Shown here: positions 1 to 13,570 of the stretch, in pieces
How positions within the stretch are numbered: position 1 is the stretch's first letter
Layout: the number at the start of each line of letters is the position of its first letter
DNA from: the human T2T-CHM13v2.0 reference genome, Homo sapiens
Strand: one strand, 5' to 3'
DNA: 64,000 nucleotides
NCBI RefSeq assembly: GCF_009914755.1
Contig: NC_060927.1
Translations under genes and position numbers: made by a program
The notes under the pieces: generated by a model
The model's database searches: none
What the model was told of the DNA's origin: nothing
The model's input: the letters and a program-made list of their open reading frames with translations, nothing else

Positions 1-160
1 ATCTTCCTTAACCTCACTGAGCTCTTTCATTTTGCTGTAAAACACAATTGATAGTAATATCTACTCCAAAAGATTATTGAGAGGATTAAAGACATATGTA
101 GGAGGAACATATAAAGTGCCTGGCACATAGCAACCCCTCCCTCAATAAAGGGTAGCTGTT
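1..160 (+). mobile_element. MIR SINE fragment
   Basis: ttaacctcactgagctc...tttgctgtaaaa...attgagaggattaaa...aaagtgcctggcacatag resembles the MIR core. Confidence 0.65.
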
Positions 161-1659
161 GTTATGTTAATATATGCCAGGTAAGAAGATGCATGCTTCC
201 TTCATTTTAACTAACCTCCTTTGGCAGGATTTAACATACACAGGGTCCTTCAAACTAGAGCATACTTTAACCCCAAAGTCTTAGCCTTGGTGAATTCTCC
301 TGTATTTTGAGCACCTGCACGGGGCACTGGGAGCAGCAGTCTGTGGCCAGCATTGCCACAGCCCCGGGAAGCATTCTGGGCTGCCTGCATGCAGACAGTG
401 GGACCCCCATCTGGAGTGAGGGTCCTGGGGTTTGAAGGAGAGTAAGACAAGGGAGATCTCTTCCAGGGAAAACCCTGCCCAAATGCAAATGTGGTTCATG
501 AGAGACAACTTGTTATTGTAACATCTGACAAACATGCAATTAATTCTTTTTGGAACTGAGGTGGGGCAATGAGAATGGAGTAAAGGGAAGATTTCACTTT
601 GGTTTGGGGGCTACAGAGGGAAGTATTTGCTTTATAGAAGTAGGGCTATTATAAACTACTTTGAAACACATTTATGCCACAAGTCTTCTACAAATTGAAT
701 TTTTAAAAAATGTGGAGAGAAATAAGTAGACACTGAAGGTGAGCATGTCAGCAGCAGTTCAGATGCCAAAAGGTTATCTTGAATAGCCTTTTTGCTTTTA
801 GAACTCTGTTCTTAACAGTATTGTGGTTGCACAAGAATCTATATTGGAAAATTTATTGACTAGTATACTTGCTGCTTTTTATCTAAGCTTGTCAGAGTGT
901 AAGATGGTGTTGCTAAATGAAGGCTTGCCCTTTGAATTCTTTTCTGACCTATTTCTCCTGCAAACAGTAGCTTTATTTTTTGGAAATAAACACTGGGCAT
1001 AATTTTTAGTTTATGACAGTAGTAAGCTGATTCTGATGAGTGTGTGTTTGTATGTGCACTTCTGCTTGTCTGCTTCTTGCACCAAAACATCCTCCAGCTG
1101 TGGGCCTTTTCCCTCTCTTTAGTAAAGCCTGTAAACAAAACCAGAAGCCATGGGAAAAGTGTAAAGAGAGCAGCAGAAAAGAACGTTTGCTTTTGTGAAA
1201 AAGCCCGCCACTGCTTGAATTTTAAAGAAAAGTTGATGGATCTTTTTCTGTTGCCTATATTAATAGAACAAAGCACTGCTCCCAGGGCAGAAGGGTCCTT
1301 CTCTGTGTTGGAAGTGAATTTCAGTCTCGTCCTGGAGCTCCTACCAGATGAGACTTTTACATGAGATTTTAAGAAATGATCAGTTAAAGGGGGAAAAAAG
1401 CAAACATCTGTGTTACAGGTCAGCCTTTAAATTATACTGTTTCCGTTTTGTCATGGGATACCCAGCTTTTAACTCAGTAGTGAAGTCGGCTGGGCTGGAA
1501 GTTTTCACATCTATTTTTATCCCACACAATCTACCCCTGGTTCAGATTGCTAGTTTCCTCACAGAGCTCCAGTCCACACTCGGCCCTGAACGCGGAGTTG
1601 AATCAGCTGGCTGAAGCTGAGTGCCTCTCTTTTCCTTTCTTGGGAACAGGAAAGGTGCT

Positions 1660-1900
1660 GTGGAGAGGAATTGGGGCGGGATCATTCAGGGGAAGGTGAC
1701 AGCAGATGGTGGGAAGGCCGGAGTCAGCAAGCCAAGTGTCAGGGGCAGAGTGAGCCTCAGAAAACAGCAGCTGCCCGGTGCCAGAGCAAGGAAAGGCCAG
1801 GGAGGCTGGGCGGGGCAGTGTCTGTGGGACAGAGTGGGGCAAGAACACACACGGCCGGGCACAGCCTCTTAGCCAGCTCTCCATGTCAGTATGAGCAGTA
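1660..1900 (+). promoter_or_regulatory. Putative internal promoter for the alternative first exon
   Basis: Locally GC-richer segment with GC boxes GGGGCGGGA (1673-1681) and GGGCGGGG (1808-1815) just upstream of the ATG exon; no TATA box seen. Confidence 0.4.
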
Positions 1901-1984
1901 ACCAGGGAACTGGGCAATTGGCACATCAGCCTATCAGAATTCATGGGAGGTTATTTCTTAAGTGAAATTCTAAAGAGTTAAAGG

Positions 1985-2062
1985 ATGAATTTGGACAGTG
2001 ATGGAATGGATGACATCATCAGTCAAGAATCCTCATTGGATATGGAGGGGAATTATAAAAAG
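1985..2062 (+). CDS. SCHIP1: SCHIP1 alternative first coding exon (MNLDSDGMDDIISQESSLDMEGNYKK)
   Basis: ATG in aggATGa context, in-frame TAA at 1979-1981 just upstream, strong donor AAG|gtaagg at 2062/2063; phase 0 matches the phase-0 acceptor at 14768. Confidence 0.75.
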
Positions 2063-4999
2063 GTAAGGGGGGAGAGCTCTTTTGTTTATAAACAATTGAA
2101 CCATTTTTCTAACTGGAGAAAGATCACCCTTGAGGAGTGGCCAAATTCCACACTCAGTGGCTATTGCCATAATATAGTCAGGAAAAACTAAATGCACAGA
2201 ATCAAATGCATTAAGCTAGGAAAGTTCTTTCTGCTTTTCCCAGCTTATGTTCATTAATATGTTACAGCAGCAACTAAAACACACATGTTGTTATTCTGAA
2301 GTTGAAAAAATTCTATTATGCATTTAACTGCTAGGCAGGCTTTTTATGTGAAGGAATTTTTTAAAAATTATTGACATATATTTACAGTTCACTGGCAAAA
2401 AAAATTACTAGAATGTTTAACCTATTTTTCCAATTTTTTGTTTGATTTTATTGGCAATGAAAAATATCAAGTTTTAGTTAACATGTTTGGGGTTTTTAAA
2501 AGTTGATACAGTATCTGTTCATCTTTTCCCTGCCCTTTTTTTTGAAAGTCAGTAAATATATTTTGAGAATGTTTTATATGGTAATGTTCTGGTAATCACA
2601 GGCCCGAGTAAAAATAGCTTTAGTTATATGGGTGAGGTCATGAAATTAAACTACAAGTATATGCTTATCTGTCCACAGAAGCCTAAAACACACACTATGT
2701 CCTTCCCTCTTCATTATTTGCCACAAGTCAAGTGTAGTTCACAACATGGCATAACATGAAGAATAAAATCCCTTCCATCATGGGCCTGGAAATGAAGACC
2801 TCTTTACCTCAGAGGCAAATATCAGTTAATGATAGAACAGTAAAACTTGCTACTTAATTTTTAATTTGATCAAATACATCACTAACTTTTTTCCCAGGAA
2901 TGACATATAGAAAGAAGCTTCTGTCGTGATAGATCCTTACGTATAGTAATGTAAAATATGGTAGTTTATATCTTATATACATATATGTGTGTGTGTGAGT
3001 GTGGGGACTGTTTTAAGTATATACTGTACTTCCTAGAGGAGTTCACAACAGCTTATGTTCTTTCTCCACAAGCTGAAACTTAAATATGTGAAAGCGGTTT
3101 CAGTAACCTGCCATGTTGCCGTTTGTGTTTTTCATCCCTTGTGATCCCCAAGACAGGAATGAGCACCAAGGTGATAGTTCGCTGAGTCTCATAACCCTAA
3201 CACTTCCCAGCTGTCCGCTTCTGCCGGAAGCGATGTGCAAAAGATGCTTGGGACACTCTGCCGTAAGAGTCAGATTGCTTATCCAGCTCTGCAGAACAAG
3301 TGTAGCCATCTCATACTTCTGCTATTTTCAGTGTCAAAGAACTGGTCATGGTGTCCTTTGTCAGACCATTTCTCAGATAGAAGAGGATAGGTCAGTTTGC
3401 ACTTAGGAAAAATGAAACATACCATTGCTAATGCATTAACAATGAAGTCATGACTGTTCTAGTTTTTTCCTACTTAGAAACAGAGGGAACCCAGATGCCT
3501 GGAATAAGTAAGCAGTGATACACCAGCAACCTGAGACAGGGCTGACTAAAGCTACAGACATGTACGGCTCAAGGAGCTTTAAAACATCAACAACAACAAA
3601 ACAGAATTGCACTGTGTAACCCATTATCTAACAAAGGCAGTAGAATGCCGCATATGATTTCAGTATCTGATAGGTTAGTACAAAAAAACTGCAAGATGAA
3701 ACTTCTAGATGTGTGGAGTGCTCAGAGATCAGTTCATTATGTTCCGGATCTTAAACATGAGGGTTGTTCTCTTGTCATTCCGGCCTTTTAAATACCTTCC
3801 TCAGGCAAAGTGTTTTCAAATGTTTATGTGTATCGTGATTATTATGAAGACTTCATTATAATTATCCTTCTTTTTTAAACCCACTCTTTGTAATTTTACT
3901 ATGAGCTAGTGAAACAGGGCAACATACACTTTTTTAAAAATATGAGGAATAAGAAAATAGTTACCTAGTATAAAAATAACTTTCCCTAATTAGAATCTTC
4001 CTTTTCTAATTTTTTCGCTAATATTTTTCCTGTTTTGTTGGCTAAGTAGAAAATTAAATTAGATGCCGTAAAGTGGGGCTCTGCAGGCTTTTTTGACCTT
4101 GCATTCATCAGTAAGATGGTTTTGAGTCCATGCCTGTAATATACATATATTTTATTCAGAAATAGCACCCACCACTATAAAATACAATGTGTGTATGTAA
4201 AACATATACACAAATAGATATTTTAGAGAATAAAATGTTTAAAATATAAATATAAGTAAAAGTTGTAATTTTTTTTTTATCTCCTGTGGTACTTTCACCC
4301 CATTTTGAGGTCAATTGTCAAAAACAATTAAAAAATTGATACATCCCTGCTTAGGTACCATAGAATTCCCTGAACCAATTGCACTAATAAATACCACATG
4401 TGTATAGGGATTATTTTACAGGGTTGTTTTAAAGTCAGACAAACAGCCTTCAGGGGGAAAGGTCACTTTCTGATGACTAAAATTAGATTCCACCGAAGCA
4501 AAGGAAGAAAAAGATTATGCTTCTGTTCTTTTTCCGTGGGGAAGGTTTTGACTGTAAGAAAGATGTTTCATTAAGGACCTCTGGTTTATTCAATAGTAAT
4601 AGTAAAACTGCCCTCAACAGAAAACATATCTTAGTGTTTAAGAAGAAAAGTGCAGACCTTAGCAGAATCCGAGGTGTATGTGTTCAGCCCATTATTTCCC
4701 TGCCCTGCTGTGAGCAAGTTCTGATCCCCTGATAAAGAACCACAGAGCTGATTGTCTTCAGGACCAACGTGGTATGCAGCATCTAAGTCAGTGTCCTCAT
4801 CCATTCCACCATCATTTTTCCAAGAGCCCTCTCATGTTCCTGGCACTGTGCATGGCTCTAGGATCACCAAAGGGGGACTGAGCTTTCCCTCCAGGAGCTG
4901 ACCGTCCCAATGGGGGAGGCACATAAAGGAACAAACTACATGGAACTGATGCTGCCTGGAGTGTCCAGATAGCCGGTGTGGACTTCTAAAGTGTGCAGC

Positions 5000-5089
5000 C
5001 ATTTAGATCTTTCCCTGCCCCAGGAATGTGTACCTTAAACACGAGAGTTGTTTATGTGTACATTCTTGGGGCAGGGAAAGATCTAAATG
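5000..5089 (+). repeat. Inverted repeat / long hairpin
   Basis: catttagatctttccctgcccca (5000-5022) is the exact reverse complement of 5067-5089; the stem continues inward with G:U pairs. Confidence 0.9.
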
Positions 5090-6039
5090 ACACTAATGGA
5101 GAGAGAGAAAAGGAAATCGGGAAAATTTAATATAGAATATGGCAGAAGACTGGCTCCAACTTTGTTCCAGAGCAGAGAAAATGCAGGGAATCTGGTATTG
5201 CCTTCTGTTCCTAGGCTACTGTGCACAGAATCAGGGAGCTGACAGCAGGGCGGTGAGTGGGCCCAGGGCCGGGCCAGCCGCTCGCTTCGCTTTGTTCCTC
5301 AGGGGTGCCGTCTCTAGTGTTGTGCATCCAATTATGGTGAAAGATTAGGGAGGACCCTGTGAAAAAATTAAAAGGCTGGAAGGAACAATATTTAAAGTGA
5401 AGCCACAGCTGCGCCTCATGTTTTTTTTAAAAGGTGAATGGAAATGACTGCTTGAGATAAACTGCAATAAACAGGAACACAGAATGCCAGCTGCCATTCC
5501 AGACAAGCTCTCTGCCCTCCCCACACAATTACTGAGGAAAAACAGCCGTCGACCTCCATTAACCCTCACGTCTTCCTGCCTGTGAGGGCTGAATACGCTT
5601 GAAGAACCATGTTAAGTTACCGAAGCCTGGGACCTAGCCCCACCTCAGCCACCTGGGAAAAATCTCTTCCGCTTTGTGGGCCAGGTTCTCCTTTTCTTAA
5701 AAAGAAAGAATTAGCCTGGTCGGTCTTAGATGTTATAAATATAAAGCTTCCTGGCTCGTGGTTCAGGTTTCTTATCATATCACCCCATTGGCACACCTCG
5801 GTTAGCCAGCATGGTCAGGGAATGGGCTGTTTCAGGTAACTAGAATTTCCGGTGAAATGCAAGTGTGTTAGATGTATTCTTGTTCTCACACACACATGCA
5901 CACAAACGTGCACACACATGTCCCCTTCCATGTCATGGTCATCTTCTACAGCACTCTCTACTTGGTCTCTTTCCCTTCTCCTCGCTAGTTGCCTTAGGCT
6001 TCCAGCTCTCCTCATTTTCGTGTGTGTGTATGGCTTTTT

Positions 6040-6270
6040 TAAAAATTGAGATATAATTCACATACATAAAAGCCACCTTTTTAAAGTGTACACTTTGATG
6101 GTTTTTAGTATATTCATAAGGCTGTGCACATCGTCTAATTCCAGAATTTTTCATCAACCCAAAAAGAAACCCCGTACCCATCAGGAGTCACTCCCAAATC
6201 CTTTCTTCTCTTAGCCTCTGACAACCGCTAATTTACTTTATGTATTTATAAATGGACCTGTTCCAGACAT
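6040..6270 (-). mobile_element. L1M (L1MB-like) 3' end fragment
   Basis: ttgagatataattcacatacataaaa...ttaaagtgtaca...tttagtatattca...aaaaagaaaccccgtaccca is the typical antisense L1M 3' end. Confidence 0.7.
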
Positions 6271-6339
6271 TTCTGGCTCCTTTTTTCTCCCTTTCTCCAT
6301 TCTTCTCACTACCTTCCCCACCCCTTCCTTTTAATATTA

Positions 6340-6545
6340 ATAACAGCTACCACTTTATAAATTTCTGTCTGTGCCAGGCACTGCGCCAAGCACTTTCTAT
6401 ATAGTATTTCATTTAATTATTAAAACAACCTAAAAATAGGTATTATTTCTTTTTTCAAAAGAAGAAACTGAGGCTCCAAGAGTCTCAGTAACTCGTAGTA
6501 ATGTCAGAGTCAACATGTTAAGCAGGGTCTTCTTGACTCCAAATA
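6340..6545 (-). mobile_element. MIR SINE
   Basis: tgtgccaggcactg...tttcatttaat...gaagaaactgaggctc. Confidence 0.7.
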
Positions 6546-8388
6546 CTCCTCCCCACCTTCTTTCTGGCCATGAGTCTGTGTCCACCTCCCCCGGATCCTA
6601 GGTCCATTCTACACAGGAGGTTGAGGACACCAGCTTCCTGGCTGCTGATTAAGGCTTGGCTGTTTCATAACCATGCAGTAGGTGTTTGGGACTGTTGTGT
6701 TCCTGTCAGTGATACTGAATGACTGTGATGGGTTTCCAGGCTTCTAAAATGGCACCTGTTAAAAATAGAGTTGCCAGATAACACTGTCTTGTGCTAAAAA
6801 GTATTCTCTGGGAGGCAATCATTTGAGAAGTAGAATGAGCTCAGGTTCGTTCCCAGCTGTTTGTGTTTTGGATATGGTGCTCACAGGGGAGGACAATCAT
6901 TTAGTTTTCCACTGTATCCCTTGAGGAGTTAACGTTGAAACACCTCCTCTACCGTAGCCATCTTTGTAGATTGCACCTTAGACTCCTTCACTTTCTGCAA
7001 GGTTCCCATTGTAAGTGGCTACTGAACTTTAACCCTAGGTGTTTGTTAAATACCTTTGCTTACCTTCTCAATCGAAATATTCAAGTGTTGTGGACTCTGC
7101 GCAGCGGCATTTCTATCTGCCTGCTTCTGTTTATGTCACTTCCCTGTAGCATAAGAAGGAATGCAGTCAACACTAGGCAAAACCATCCTCACAGTTAGTT
7201 ATTATAAATATATTTATTTATAAATGCAGTTAGTTATTAATTGTAAATAAATATCTGCATTTTCTGTACTGACATCCCAGTTCTTTTGATGTCAGCCAAT
7301 ACTGAAGTAAAATAGGTGTCAGAAGACACAGGGCCCCAGAGTCCTTCCCCTTGGGTGCCCATCCTGGGCTTTAGATATCCGAGGCCAGCTCTCTCGTGGG
7401 TACAGGTCCTGAGCAATTTACACCCAAAGGCCTTACTGTTGCCCAGCAGCCCAGGCTGACACTTATTTAAGGAAACATGTTTAGGCAGGTTGGTACGAGG
7501 ATGCAAAGATAAGAAATTTCAACAGCATTTCGGGAAACCTGTATTTGGCAGCTCATCTTGACCTTTCTGGATGTTTAGTGTAAGTGACTGAAATGGAAAA
7601 TGTCACAAATACAAAATGAAAAGAAAGTGTCCTGACTTACTATCCGTTCAGTGATGCAATTGAAAGATACTATTTTTTAACTTATATTTACTTCCACTAC
7701 CAATTAAAAAGCACTTCTCAGGGGATAAAATAAGATTCAAGAATTTAAAATAACCTGCATGGTGCAAGAATTTGTGCACCTGACATTCAACAGCATACAA
7801 TTTCTTTTCTTCTAGAATGCTGTTTTTATATTCTGGTCTAGTGACAAATTCATGGTTTGTCTCAGTGAGAAAATAACTAGAAAGTACTATTAGTATATTT
7901 GGGTTTTCTTTTGGCCTTTTCATTTCAAAGAAAATTAATAACATTTACATAACAAACAAGTAAGTTCTATACTTCTGGTTCATAATGTTTAAGAGCTTCA
8001 GACTCCTCACACTGTAATGCTACCTATAAATGTTAGAATAAAGCTGTCTTATAAGCTGGGGGAAGAAATAAGAGCGACTACCACTTTCCTAAAGGAAGAG
8101 TACTTTTCCACAGAGAGCTTCAGAATCCCAGTTACGTTCCCTGGCGGATGCTGCTAATGGTGATGATGCCAGATATCACTAGGCAATAGATTGCACTGAA
8201 GCAAGGGGATCATTAATTGCTTCAAAACAAGCATCCTGGTAAGGCCTTGGCAGAGGCCAGGCTGCTACAAATGAAATCCACCTGGCTTCAGAGTCTGGCC
8301 ATGCCACATGGAACAGATGTGTGCTCAATTACAGAAGAACCAACTCTGTGTTTCATCTAGCTACTTGATCTTCTCAATTTGTTTAAAG

Positions 8389-8559
8389 CTGTGGTTCTCA
8401 AAGTGCCTATGCTAGCATCATCAACAGCATCTGGGAACTTGTTAGAAATGCACATTCTCACCTCCACCCCAGACTTTCTTGAAACAGAAAAATAGACTGT
8501 GTACTTACAAGCCCTCCAGGTAATCCTCTTGCACAGTCAATCAAGTTTGAGTGCTATTG
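8389..8559. mobile_element. MER5A-like hAT-Charlie MITE
   Basis: gtggttctcaaagtg...catctgggaacttgttagaaatgca...acaagccctccaggtaat...aagtttgag. Confidence 0.7.
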
Positions 8560-8570
8560 GCTTAAAGAAA

Positions 8571-8642
8571 TGTGTGACAGGGTGTGTGTGTGTGTGTGTG
8601 CGTGTGTGTGTGTGTCTGTCTGTCTGTCTGTCTGCGTGTGTG
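8571..8642. repeat. Compound (TG)n/(TCTG)n microsatellite
   Basis: Directly visible. Confidence 0.95.
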
Positions 8643-11279
8643 CACATGCATGCTCCTCCCTGGTCTCCACTTGGCCAACCAGTGTCTCAGCAACCCCTGG
8701 CATCCTGAGTTCCTTTCTGGGCCACGGGGGACCAGTGTATTCATTAGCTTCTGGGATGATGCAGCCCATAATCCTTAGGAAGTTTTTTGTCAATGGCATA
8801 TTGTTTTCCTTTTTAGCATTGGTGGCAAGTATTTACTTCATTGCTTTAACAAGCATTTCCTGGGGCCTATAGGTAACACCAGTGTAAAAGACAGAGAAAG
8901 AGCAGTCAAGTCCTGTGAGGCTTCTTAACCTTAGAGAAGATCTCCTGCAAAACCTCTAACCTTTTGCAACTCCTGGAGCTTATTAGAAATGCAGAGTCTC
9001 CGGCCCTGTCTTTGATTTAGAACATGCATCTTAGCAAGATCTTGAGGTGACTCATAAGTACCCTGAAGCCTGAGAAGCATTGCACCAGGTAACAACTTAG
9101 CAGTGTGAAAAAGAGGATGCTAGACGTGGTATCTGTAGGGGTCATTAGTGAATTAGTACTGAGACAGTGAGCATTATAAAACAAGTACATCCGATAATTT
9201 TTAAAAGTCTATTTCAGTTCCCATGGCAAAGAGTGAAAAGTGAGAAACAAATGCATCTGGGAGGAGGGGAAGCTCAATCCAGGGAAGAACAGAAAGACAG
9301 GAAACTGGGGGAAACACTTTTCTTTCTCCCACTCCTTCCCACAACTGAATCTTGTCCAGGCCTACAACTGTCCCTGCTCCAAATCTTACATCTGCTTTTA
9401 TTCCCACTTCTGTGCCTTTCTCATCTACTGGATCCCCTGATTCCCTAGGCCAGGTTTCCTTAAATCCATTCATCCTCAGGGGAGTTTGAGCAGCCCCTTC
9501 CTCTTGGTCTGACAGGCCCTTTCCGGCTCTGTGGGTTTCATCATCTGTGCAGGACTCAGAAGGAAGCAGCTGTTTGTTGTGTCCTAAGCACCAGATGGCT
9601 TTAGGTTCAGGTTTAGGATGTTATTTCCTGAAGTGTGTTCCTGAGAACCCTAGAGGCCCCCCAGATTTTCCCACAAAAAATATAGTTTGTTAATTAAATA
9701 GATTTTGAAAATGCAGAAAACACCCAATCTTCCACTTGTAAATTTACGTGCAGATTAGCATGCTGAAGGCTTCTTGCTTCAGAGACACCACAATGCTGCT
9801 AGTAAGGTGGGCTGGGCCAGAGGCAGGAAGGCAGAACCTGGGGAGGGGATGCAGGAATGATCTTGGTGTGTAAGGGATGGGGCCATGCCATATGCCGAAA
9901 AAAAGGGTGGAAAGGTCCTGGGGACATATTAGATTTGAAGATAGATGATACCTACCCATGCTGAACATTTTGCTCTTTATTTCATTACTGAATGCCCCTC
10001 TTTGTTCTTGTCCAGATTGGGGAATTGCAGTAGAACAGGGCACATCAGGAAAGGCTGAGCATTGGTGTTCAGAGTCTGCAAGTGCTCAGTGGTCTGTTCT
10101 AAGATCATGGTGGCTTGCATGGCATCATTGAAAGTCATTGTGAGCCTCATCTGCTCAGGCACAGCGGGTGGCAGTAGGGAATTTAGCAACAGATGAGGAC
10201 AAAAACTTCCTGGGGCTGAATAGCGGTGAGTTTCTAATCACATTTTTACTTTCATCTGGGGCTTGAATAGCTTTTCTGCCTGATAGTGATGAGCCCTGTT
10301 CCTCAGTTGCCCTTTGTTTTTGCTAGCAATACTAATTTTAGATGTTGTACTTTTGTTTTATGAGGGTATTTCCCAAGGCTGTTTTAGGAGTGGACATGGT
10401 TCTGCCTGTCATAAGTGCAGCCAGACAGTGGTGTTTTGAGTCAGCCTCTTCCTTTTCCTGTACCCTTGTCTGTTTCTCACCCTGGAGCGTATTGGGCTTG
10501 GCTGGATTAAGGGGGCTGGTGGAAGACATATTTGCCTTGCAGGTATAATTCCTCAGAGAACAAACCGCCCTTGAAACCACACACACATATATTTTACACA
10601 TGTGGGCAACTGAAAGAAAATTGGGTTCTCATTGTTAAATTTTCAGATTGAGTAGTAATGGTAAGGAGAGTGGTCCTGATGGGAAGATATTTGTATTGTG
10701 GATATTTGTGGTTATGATTTAGCCCATAGTATGTATGCTTTGCCAGTGTTTTCTCTTTTTCTGAGAAAACATCACATCCATCTCAGGGAAGAAGTAGACC
10801 CATAAGTCTTTGTGCCACATTTTATCCTCTGCATGGTACCCACCATTATTATTAGTCTGAACACCTTACTCTTTAATGTGGAAAAGTGATGAGAAAAAGC
10901 AGAAAGATCTGGTATTAGGAAGCATGGACTTGGATCCTACTGCTCCTGCCTAACAGTATGGTAACCTTTCATCTCCCTCAGTTTCCTCATATTCAAAGCA
11001 GAAATTGTTGGAGTATGAACTATAATGCTACCATCTATCACAGACTTACATTACCACAGGTCAGGTACAGCTGCTAAGTAATTTACTTAAGTTTTCTCAT
11101 TTAATCTTCCAGCACCTAGTGAGATCCTTTACCTCTGGACTGGGAAGAGTTTTCCAAGCACAAAAGCCACTGACAGCATGACAGATGAAGCAAGCTATTG
11201 ACTTAACTACATAACATTTACAGTTGAAACTCAAAAGGACAAATACTCTACTATAAAATGTTTAAAATTCTCAGACCTT

Positions 11280-12310
<1,031 letters not shown>

Positions 12311-13073
12311 TTTGTTCAGTGGTATCCAGAGACAGAGAGAGAAGGAGAGGGGGAAAGAGAGTGTATTATAAAACAGTCCTCTTTAAACTGTTAGTGAAGT
12401 ATTTGGGTGTAAAGAACTGCAATTAATGTAAATGGAAATATTTTTAAGGTCTCCTCCAATATCTGTAGCTCTAGTTTATCAAGAAAGATAGACATGGAAT
12501 CAAGGGTATATTCACACATTCATACCCTGGGATAAGAGTTTTCTTTAAAGCCTGTTTCAGACCCTAGGCTAATGTCAGGCCAGCATGTTGTTGAACATTA
12601 ATCATTAAAATTCATGTTGCTATCTACTGATTTTATATTTGGATATTCAGCTATACTCAACAGTTTTCTGCCTGTTGAGGACTTTGGTGAGAATCTCTTT
12701 TGTCTGTGATATGGATTGAGAAAAAGGTTCACTGACTGTACAAAATCTGCCTGGCAGATATGGGGATTTGAAATGAACTTGTTTTAAATAAAGGTGTCAA
12801 GTGATGTGATTCTGTTTTGGCTGGACCATCCCAAGTGCCAGCCTTGCATATTCGGAAAGGTGGTTTGCCCTAATTAAGGTTCCAAGCAGTACAGTTGCAA
12901 GTGGTTAGTGAAATAAAAGGCATTCTTGCTTCCCTCCATAACCTTATGGTTACTTTCTTAAAGCTTGGTTTTGTGCTAGCCCGGCAAAAAATAAGAACTA
13001 TGAAAGCAGTCTTTCACATCTGTAAAAAAAACAAAAAATCTGTATAAAAGTAGTCTTTCACCTTATGGCTGTA

Positions 13074-13075
<2 letters not shown>

Positions 13076-13120
<45 letters not shown>
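13076..13120. repeat. (AC)22 microsatellite
   Basis: Directly visible perfect run. Confidence 0.97.
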
Positions 13121-13123
<3 letters not shown>

Positions 13124-13412
13124 GCTAGCTCCTAGTATGATGCAGTTTCATTGATACATGCTAAAAGGGGGTGCTATATATATAGACAGAGATAATCACT
13201 AAGTGTGTACAGTAGAAAGAATGCTTATGGTGTCCAAGGATTAAAAAGTGTGAGAGAAAAGGAGAGTAGAGATGAGGTTTCTTTGAACTAGTTCTCAAAC
13301 CTGTTGAAATTAAATATCTGGCACTAGAGCCTGGGGCATTCTAATGCAGCCTGTTGAAGCTGGATCTTGGGAACCACTGTCTTAGCTGTACTTTGCTGTC
13401 ATGTATTTTATT

Positions 13413-13570
13413 CTGTGCTGTCTAGTACAGTATCCACTAGCCACCTGTGATGGTTGAGCTCTTGAAATGAGGTAGTGTGCCCGAAGAGCTGAATTTTTAA
13501 TATTAATTAATTAATTCTTAAGTTGAAATGCAAATAACCACATGACACTAGTAACTACCATATTAGACAG
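13413..13570. mobile_element. MER3-like hAT MITE
   Basis: ctgtgctgtctagtacagtatccactagccac ... ccacatgacactagtaactaccatattagacag terminal inverted similarity. Confidence 0.6.

Noticed and set aside
860-1944. 100-138 aa ORFs near the window start, and 31414-31845
   Set aside because: No recognisable homology, low-information composition, no supporting splice structure; lengths are within chance expectation.
8499-8872. Overlapping CVCVCV / THTHTH ORFs (also at 49018-49408)
   Set aside because: Translations of dinucleotide microsatellites.
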